Shown: positions 1 to 7,308 of the stretch, piece by piece | Numbering within the stretch: the first letter of the stretch is position 1 | How the letters are laid out: each line of letters begins with the position of its first letter | Assembly (NCBI GenBank): GCA_043228905.1 | Contig: JBHGNT010001004.1 | Coordinates: 1 to 13,015, forward strand | Length of the DNA stretch: 13,015 nucleotides | From: Azolla caroliniana | Lineage: Eukaryota > Plantae > Polypodiophyta | Direction of reading: 5' to 3' | The notes under the pieces: generated by a model | The model's input: the letters and a program-made list of their open reading frames with translations, nothing else | The model's database searches: none | Told to the model about the DNA's origin: nothing | Made by a program: the position numbers and the translations under genes

Positions 1-1
1 G

Positions 2-1999
2 CATTACGCCCACGTTGCGGAGCCGCTATACGGGTTGCTGAAAAAGGGGCGAAAATTCGAGTGGCGAGACGAGCACACGGAGTCGGTCCGGAAGCTAAAG
101 GAAGCTCTTGCGGCAGCACCGGCGCTCCGGAAGGCTGTCTACAAGAAGGGTACCCCGGTATACATAACGGTGGATACGAGCCCGACCGGGATCGGATGGG
201 TCGTCAACCAAGAAGACGAGGACGGCACCCGGTTCCCGATCCGATTCGGCGCAAAGGTCCTCAGTGAGCGATAGCGAGGGTACGCCCAGGTTAAACGCGA
301 ACTCTATGGTATCATTTCGGTAGTAAAGGCCGACAAAGACTACCTGATCGGGACATAAGTGATTATCGAGACGGATTGCCTGCCAATTCTCGGCATGGTT
401 TCCGGATGCGCGACACCGGACCAGGCGATGCTCAGGTGGATAGCGTACATCAAGTCCCTGGACCCGGAAATACGGCACATTTTCGGAAAGGACAACGCCA
501 TGGCCGACATGCTTTCGAGGGCGAGGTTTGATGACGAGGGCGGCATGGTTTCGGAGGACGAAGAAGTCGGCGTGGACTTCTTCAAGGAGGCGTACGCAAC
601 GACCGATGGGACGAGCACTCCGGCACTTAACGGCTTCGACGAGAGCAAGTACGACGGCGAGTGGCTGCGGATCGGTGGTTTCTTGAGGACAATGACGCCG
701 GATGCGTCGTGGACGAGAGACGAGGCCAACCGGATCCGGAAGAAAGCTTACCGATTCTTTCTCCGGGACGGATACTTATGGAAGCACCCGAAGAAGAGGA
801 ACGACGTCCCGCTCCAGGTGGTGGCGATGAAGGAAGAACAGGAGGAGCTGCTGACGGCCTACCACGACAGCCCTTGGGCTGGACACCGTGGAACGTGGGC
901 CACGTTCGAGAAGATAAAAGGGAAGTACTGGTGGCCGGGACTGTACCGGGATGTGCATCGGTTCGTGACAACTTGCGAGAGCTGTCAGATGCACTCGATA
1001 GTCCGGCATCGGGACGAGCTTCACCCTACGTACCCTCCGACCATCCACTTCAAATGGATGGTAGATCTAGTGACGATGTCGATGGGCGTAGGACAGATGC
1101 GGTATGTGGTCCTGGCTCGGGAAGATCTGACGAACCAGGTGGAAGGTTGAGCCCTTCAGAACAAAACGACCGCGGCCGTATGTCGGTTCCTGATCAAGGA
1201 CGTGATATGCCGGTACGGGTGCGTCGGGAAGATCGTGGCTGATCGCGGGGAGTTGGACGCCGAAGAGGCCGAGGAGCTGTTCGACCGGCTAGGAGTCAAG
1301 CTCTCGCTTACCACTGCGTACAATCCGGAGGCGAATGGGAAGGTGGAGCGCGGACACGGACCGATCGTCAAGGCGTTAGTTCGGGCATGCGGGGGGCAAG
1401 TCGGGAACTGGCCGCGGTTGCTGCCTTACGCGTTGTGGGCTGACCGAACTACGCACAGTTCGGTAACCGGATTCATGCCGGCAGAGCTCATGTTTGGGCA
1501 GAAGCCGGTCATGCCGATGGAACGTACGATCTCCTCGTGGGCAACCGTGGACTGGAGAGACGAGATGAGCCGAGAGGAACTGTTGGCGGCGAGTATACGA
1601 CAGCTCGAGCGAAGACAGGAGGACGTGGAGCAAGCTGCGGGAAAGCTTCGGGTGGCAAGGACGAGGAACAAAGCCCGGTTCGACCGGACGCGCCGGCTCC
1701 GACCGAAGAAGATCGAGGAAGGCGACTGGGTGCTAGTCTATGACAGCAGCCTCGACAACCAGCACCGAGCAACACGGAAGTTCGCAAGAAGGTGGTTCGG
1801 GCCTTACGTGGTACAAAGCGCCAACGACAACGGGACGTACCATCTGGCGGAACTCGACGGCACGAGAATGGCGATACCGGTAGCTGGGAAGCGGATCAAA
1901 GCGTTCAAGAAGCGTCACGACGACGAGCCGGAACCGGTTAACCTGGACCGGAACGACGAACGATCCGAAACCGAGGAAGAACCGACGGGCGGGGAATGA
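2..1999 (+). pseudogene. pol: Gypsy pol C-terminal half (RT connection/RNase H, HHCC zinc finger, DDE integrase, GPY motif) with 3 in-frame stops
   Basis: ORFs 35-274, 359-1150 and 1202-1999 share one frame, broken by TAG 272-274, TAA 356-358 and TGA 1148-1150. Motifs: VDTSPTGIG, IETDCLP, N.MAD.LSR (RNase H); YHDSPWAGH...CESC (HHCC); VDLV / ADRGE / NGKVER (DDE); WFGPY. It ends in an acidic tail with no chromodomain. Confidence 0.93.
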
Positions 2000-2054
2000 A
2001 GGCTGGACCGGTTTTCTCCGTCCCAACTCAATTTGGCGCATACGTGCGCGGTTA

Positions 2055-2066
2055 GGTGGGGGCGGA
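2055..2066 (+). other. Polypurine tract (PPT) of element A
   Basis: GGTGGGGGCGGA immediately before the LTR TG. A near-identical GGTGGGGGTGGA precedes the related LTR C on the - strand. Confidence 0.85.
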
Positions 2067-2712
2067 TGTCGTGAAGAAAACCGTCCACGAGCGGAATCGG
2101 TGCACCGGAGCATAGGAACCGGCTCTTCATGCACGTACGCCTTGTGTTGTACATAAGAGAGAATTAGGGACATGGAAGATCCTAGGTAGGTAGATTCGGT
2201 AGGTAGGAAGTTAATAGGAAACGGCTCCCTTCTTGCCTATAAAAGGAGGGAGACGAGGAGGAGGAAGGGGATCGCGGAATCAGAGAGGACGAAGTGTTGT
2301 CGGGTTGTCGGTCGAAGGCTTCTCTCTTCCATACTCTCCGTAGCTTCTTTCTGTGCAGGTTTCGGGAGGCTCGCGCTGCTCTGAGGAATGCCCGAGTGCT
2401 TCCGGCAACACCTCCAACCTACTCCTTTCTTTCTGAGCGTTTGCGAACAGGCATCGGCATCTGTTCGCCGGCCTATTCGGTTGTAACCGACTTCGTGCTT
2501 CTTGTTGTTTGTCTCTGTTAATATATACATACATACCTTCGTGCCTCTCTGTGTTTGTTTCCCCGCTCGTGTCTTCGTGTCGAAGGGCCGTGTCCCTGTG
2601 GATCTACGCTCGCACGTAGTGGGTCCTTTCCCTCTCCTTTCTCTATTGCTCTTCGGTACAAGACCCCCGAGGTCCCGCCTCATTCCACGCATCCGCGAGG
2701 AATACCTCGACA
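2067..2712 (+). repeat. 3' LTR of gypsy A (646 bp)
   Basis: Termini TGTCGTG...CTCGACA (6/7 inverted match); TATAAAA at 2238-2244. Shares its start, the GAGGACGAAGTG motif and its end motif with LTR C (655 bp). An alternative end at 2906 is possible. Confidence 0.72.
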
Positions 2713-2906
2713 ACGTGTTCATATACTTGGACTTCTAGTCGTCTCGTTTTGCTATGTTGTTGGACTGTGATTCTTGTGTGCTCCTGTGTCTGTGCGTGTG
2801 CAAGTGCGTCCGTTGCCTTTCCGTTCTCCTCCTTCTCAGCTATTTCTCGGTCCAAGACCCCGGTGGTCCTGCCTCGTTCTCCACGCACACGCGTAACAAC
2901 GCGACA
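2713..2906 (+). repeat. U5 tail of a second, related gypsy LTR (A'), probably the insertion target of A
   Basis: Repeats the family end motif (CAAGACCCC..GGTCC.GCCTC.TT..CCACGCA..CGCG...CGACA) and ends CGCGACA at 2906. Copia integrase codons resume immediately after. Confidence 0.65.
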
Positions 2907-4029
2907 GCGGAATGTGAGCAAAGGAATCTTGGATGTTGTACATTCAAATGTGTGGGGACCAACCCAAACAGCTACATAAGGCGGTTGCCGCCACTATGTC
3001 ACATTCATCAATGACTTCTCCAGGAACACCTGGATCTACCCGATGAGACAGAAGAGAGAATTGTTTGGACACTTCCAGAGGTTCAAAGCCGAAGTGAAAA
3101 AAGCTACGGGTCGGCATGTACGCTGCCTTTGATCGGATGGAGGCAAAGAATACTTTTCGGATGAGTTTATGGCGTATCTCTGAAAGGAAGAAATCCGACG
3201 AGAATTCTCATGCCGTCACATACCTCAGCAGAACGGCGTAGCTGAGCGTAAAAACCGGCACATAGTAGAAGTCGCTTGGGCTATGATGAATGAGAAGAAT
3301 CGGCGAACACGGCCATATACCTCATGAATAGGTGCACAACCTCGGTAGTACACAACGTAACTCCTCATGAGAAGTTCTTGGGAAAGAAGCCGGACTTATC
3401 ACATGTCCGCATTTTCAGCGCAATCGCTTACATGCATATTCCCGAAGATACGTGACAAAAGCTCGACCCGAAGTCGGAGAAATGTATCCTCGTGGGGTAC
3501 TCGCTCGAACAGAAGGGGTACAAATGCTACAATCCATCTACCCGAAATTTTTTCGATGATTTTGCATCCTGGTACGCACCAGAGACAATTTTGACTCTGA
3601 CTCCGATATGCGCCGAAATAGAGGCAGAAGACTAAGATCAAGTTACATGCATGTTCAACGAAAGTCCAATTACGACACGATTGAGTAGGCCATCAGAGCC
3701 GCCGAGCAATCAAAGCACATCTCGGCCGAGTCCAAAGCTGGACAAAGGAAGGCGGATATTGTAGGGAACTGTACGCTCCTTATACGCAACGCTCGGCCAC
3801 AACCGAGCTTAGAATCATACACAGAGAACGGGAAATAAAGAACGACACAATGGAAGAGAAGAGTACGCGGGATGTTTAACGTGGAAAACCCCAAACTAGG
3901 GAAAAACCACGGCAGCCCACAGGCTGCAAACTATCACTAGGTTAGTATGTACAGCAGTGAGTTCACGGAGGCAACAACCTCGTGCTCACGATCTTCGCCA
4001 CAGGCGGCAGTTACAACAGAGGCAACGAC

Positions 4030-4034
<5 letters not shown>

Positions 4035-4085
<51 letters not shown>
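4035..4085. repeat. (TC)25 microsatellite inside solo LTR F
   Basis: Perfect TC dinucleotide run seen directly. Confidence 0.97.
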
Positions 4086-4088
<3 letters not shown>

Positions 4089-4239
4089 CACTGTTACGCG
4101 CTCTGATCTCACGCAGACAAGAAATAATAACAACAGTAACTAAAAGTTTGCCCTAAGTCATATTTATACTAATATGACTTTTCTGCTATTTACAAATATA
4201 ACCTCGATGGACTCTCAGAAACATATTTACGAATATGTC

Positions 4240-4640
4240 TCTTCATCCGGTGATCATTCCTCATCGGGTCTGCACCATTCAGCTCTCCGAAGCTGGGTAC
4301 TCCTCATCCGGTTCTCACCGGGTTTGCACCATCCGGCTCTTCGTAGCCGGGTACTCCTCATCCGGTCCTCGTTGGGTCTGCACCATCCGGCTCTCCGAAG
4401 CCGGGTACTCCTCATCCGGTTCTCACTGGGTCTGCACCATCCGGCTCTCCGTAGTCGGGTACTCCTCATCCGGTTTTCACCGGGTCTGCATCATCCGGCT
4501 CTCCGTAGCCGGGTACTCCTCATCCGGTTCTCACCGGGTCTGCACCATCCGGCTCTCCGTAGCCGGGTACTCCTCATCCGGTTTTCACCGGGTCTGCACC
4601 ATCCGGCTCTCCGTAGCCGGGTACTCCTCATACTCCTCAT
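4240..4640. repeat. Tandem array of a 54-bp unit (6 full copies 4301-4624, plus degenerate or partial flanking copies) in the inferred U3 of LTR F
   Basis: Unit TCCTCATCCGGTTCTCACCGGGTCTGCACCATCCGGCTCTCCGTAGCCGGGTAC starts at 4301, 4355, 4409, 4463, 4517 and 4571. It gives the 18-aa periodicity in the ORF track. Confidence 0.96.
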
Positions 4641-6333
4641 ACGGTTTCGGCCTCAGCCTATCGGCCTCGGTCGAGTTTGTTCATCAGCACTGTTCTTCTC
4701 CCTTCCCATCCGGAGGGACCTGTCTCCCAACAGATATGCAGGAATACGAAGATCAGTTCGAATTCGAATCGACTCACTCCCTTGATAGTGAGTTCGAAGG
4801 CCTTGACATCCGGACAGACGGCGTGAAGAAAGCTTTAGAATCCGTGAACCAAAAGCTACGTCGGTCCACCCGAGAGAAGAAGCTCATAAGCCATTACGGC
4901 TGCAATGATTACATGGCGTATCATTATGCCTTTATGATGAAAGTAGCGACAGTACGAGAGCCGGAAACGCTTTCCGAAGTCGTAAAGGATCCGCGATGGG
5001 TTAACACGATGCATGAGGAAATGGAAGCGTTATGCAAAAACGAGACATGGGATCCCATTCCTCACCCGCCCAACAAGAAAGCAATTGGTTACAGATGGAT
5101 TTACAAGGTGAAGCACAATACCGACGGCTCTGTAAATCGCTTCAAAGCACGTCTTGTTGCGAAAGGATACGCACAAACCCACAACGTAGACTACGAAGAG
5201 ACTTTTGCCCCGGTGGCAAAGATGACCATTGTAAGGACCGTAATTGCCCTGGCAGCGACGAAATGGTGGCACCTCCACCAGATGGACGTGAAAAACGCGT
5301 TCCTCTAAGGAGAATTAGAAAAGGAACTGTATATGATTCAACCACCTGGATTTGAATCGCGTAACTATCCACACGCCGTATGTCGACTTAAGAAACCACT
5401 TTACGGCCTCAAACAAGCATTGCGGGTGTGGCACTCGAAGATCCCGTAGTATCTTTATCATATTGAATTTCAAATGTCAAAATCCAATACTTCTCTATAC
5501 ATCCGAAACGAGTCAGATAGCCCGATTGTCATCATCCTTTATGTGGATAATTTGGTCATCGGAGGAAAAGATCTAGCCGAGATTAATAAGGTCAAATCAC
5601 TTCTTTCCCGCAGACATTGAAGTAATTCGAACACTAGTCGGAATAATGATATCACAACGGCACTACGTTCTCAACTTACGCTACAAATTCGGAATGATGG
5701 AGTGCAAACCTATGTCTACCCCTCTCGATCGTAATTTCAAGATCGATGCTAACTCTGGCACGGCCGAGAGCAAGCCGACTCAGTATCGTCAACTGATCGG
5801 TAGCTTAATTTATCTAACCATCACAAGACCCGACCTCAACTATTCGGTCGGCCTGCTTAGCCAATTTATGCAAAATCCGTGAAATCTTCATCTGTATTGT
5901 GCTAAGCGGATACTTCGGTATGTCAGCACAACGATGAACTACGGCATCATGTATAAGTCGAATACAATCATTCGACTCAAAGGGTACATAGACACAGACT
6001 GGGCCGGATACAAAGCAGATAGAAGATCCACACTCAGATTCGTCTTCTCTCTTGGTAGCGAAGCGACCTCCTGGAGTAGTAAGAAGCAGCCGATAGTCGC
6101 ACTGTCGAGCACGGAAGCCGAATACAAGGGTGCTGCAGTCGCCGCATGCGAAGCCGTATGGCTCAAGCATATACTAAAGGACTTGGGCATACTCATCAAA
6201 GATCCAATTTGTCTATACTGCGACAACATGAGCAGTATCTACCTGGTGCGGAACCCCGTATTCCACGTGCGGACTAAGCACATCGAAGTGCACTATCATT
6301 TCATCCACGAGTGCGTACAGGCCGGAGATATAC

Positions 6334-6787
6334 TATTAGAGATATGTACTAATGTAAGCAAAGGATAAGGATAAACGATAGATCTAGATAGAGAGGAGAG
6401 AGAGAAAGAAAGGTGTTGATCCACCCGACCACCCCCGAGCAAAGGGATCAAGACAGAATCGAGCCTCGATCGGCATCCCATACCACCGTCATGACGTCGA
6501 GTCGTACTTGGTGCTGGCGCGCTCGCTACAAGAGTTGAACCACCGAGAAACAGAGTCTCGACGTAGTCAAAAGATGAGGAAATGAGGGTAGCTAGGCCTC
6601 TTATTTATAGCGATACACAAGGCCCCCAAACAAGTTTACACTTGGCCTAATGGGTTGTCTCAATCCCGAGGATTAAAAGTAATCCTCCCCTTCTTTACAT
6701 TCTCATTTAACCCTCACACTTATCCATGTGGCTAGAATACTACGGTAAATTCTCACCACGGGATATTATATGGTCATGCCCGTAACA
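6334..6787 (-). mobile_element. Solo LTR G (~454 bp) inserted in copia B RNase H
   Basis: RNase H reads VQAGD|IDLQHINT when it is removed. Right end CCGTAACA, left end TATTAG (decayed TGTTAG). TATA on the - strand at 6602-6610. TSD imperfect (TATAC vs TATCG). Confidence 0.8.
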
Positions 6788-7042
6788 TATCGATTTACAA
6801 CATATCAATACGCACCTACAAGTAGCCAACATTTTCACGAAAGCCCTTGGTATCGACAAGTTGCAGCTGTTTGCGTTGAACCTTGGCCTATCTCTTCCCG
6901 ACGAGCTGAGCTTGAGGGGTAGTACAAATCAGTGAACAGTCGAACAAGGAGTACGCAACCAAAAAGCCGAACAATTGAAGTTCAAAGTATTTCGAAGATC
7001 AGACCAATCCGAAACCATTTTTCGATATCCAGAAGTTGTGTT

Positions 7043-7050
7043 CGGGGGCG
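7043..7050 (+). other. Degenerate PPT of copia B
   Basis: CGGGGGCG immediately before the TGTTGAG LTR start. Confidence 0.6.
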
Positions 7051-7308
7051 TGTTGAGAATCGAACTCAACTTCCCATAGAAATAGGATTCACACTAGCTC
7101 ATGGACATACCAGGCTAGTTTTGTAAATAGTAGAAAGGGCCCTTGCCCTAATTTAGTTGGTATTTAAACCAACCCTTTGTAACTTTGTTACTGTTGGATG
7201 TAATATATAGTTATCTCTGTCTTAAGCTCTCTCTTACTCTCTCTCTGTTTTGCCTTATGTACACACAATCCTTCCGCTGCATCTCAACCACTCTTGCTCC
7301 TCTTTACA
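7051..7308 (+). repeat. 3' LTR of copia B (258 bp)
   Basis: TGTTG...TTTACA; TATTTAAA at 7161-7168. Directly after 7308 the - strand RT of element E begins (GCKWVYKTKHDS|). Expected TSD TGAAT at 7309-7313. Confidence 0.85.

Larger units (their letters stand above)
1..2712 (+). mobile_element. Ty3/gypsy LTR retrotransposon A, 3' part (end of pol, PPT, 3' LTR); non-chromovirus; 5' part lies outside the window
   Basis: Gypsy domain order (RT connection - RNase H - integrase), then the G-rich tract GGTGGGGGCGGA abutting a TGTCGTG LTR start at 2067. Confidence 0.93.
3760..4732 (-). mobile_element. Solo LTR F (973 bp) inserted in the copia B IN-RT linker
   Basis: Termini TGTAGGGA...TCCCAACA; perfect 5-bp TSD GATAT (3755-3759 and 4733-4737). 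TATAAATA on the - strand at 4161-4168 and a GGGGTTTTCCACGTTAAA motif near 3880, resembling plant copia U5 ends, set the orientation (inference). Confidence 0.9.
2907..6935 (+). pseudogene. pol: Copia B pol pseudogene in segments 2907-3759, 4733-6333 and 6788-6935
   Basis: Integrase VHSNVWGP, SDGGKEY, PQQNGVAERKNR, KLDPKSEKC; RT KARLVAKGY, QMDVKNAFL*, LYGLKQA, LYVDN; RNase H DWAG, SSTEAEY, YCDN, KHIEVHYHF; C-terminal SLRG..TGA at 6933-6935. Multiple stops and deletions. Confidence 0.92.
2907..7308 (+). mobile_element. Ty1/copia LTR retrotransposon B, 3' part (integrase to 3' LTR), interrupted by solo LTRs F and G
   Basis: Copia order IN-RT-RNase H, then a G-rich tract and a TGTTG...TTACA LTR. 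The 5' portion is cut off by the gypsy insertion at 2906/2907. Confidence 0.92.

Noticed and set aside
61-2173. Alternative-frame and antisense ORFs over gypsy pol (e.g. 661-1242, 1733-2173)
   Set aside because: These are shadow ORFs expected in GC-rich coding DNA and have no recognisable motifs.
2062-2911. GCGGA on both sides of 2067-2906 as the TSD of a solo LTR
   Set aside because: The left copy is the end of the family PPT (compare GTGGA in C), and the two flanks belong to different elements. Treated as coincidence.
2237-3014. ORFs in LTR A/A' as an env-like or extra gene
   Set aside because: They are low-complexity translations of LTR sequence downstream of the PPT.
4240-4640. CRISPR-like array of palindromic repeats
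   Set aside because: The units are head-to-tail with no unique spacers, there are no cas genes, and the array lies inside a TSD-flanked LTR.
4174-4785. 203-aa repeat protein (LHHPALRSRVLLIRFSPG)n
   Set aside because: It is open only because the 54-bp unit lacks stops in that frame; there is no other evidence of coding.
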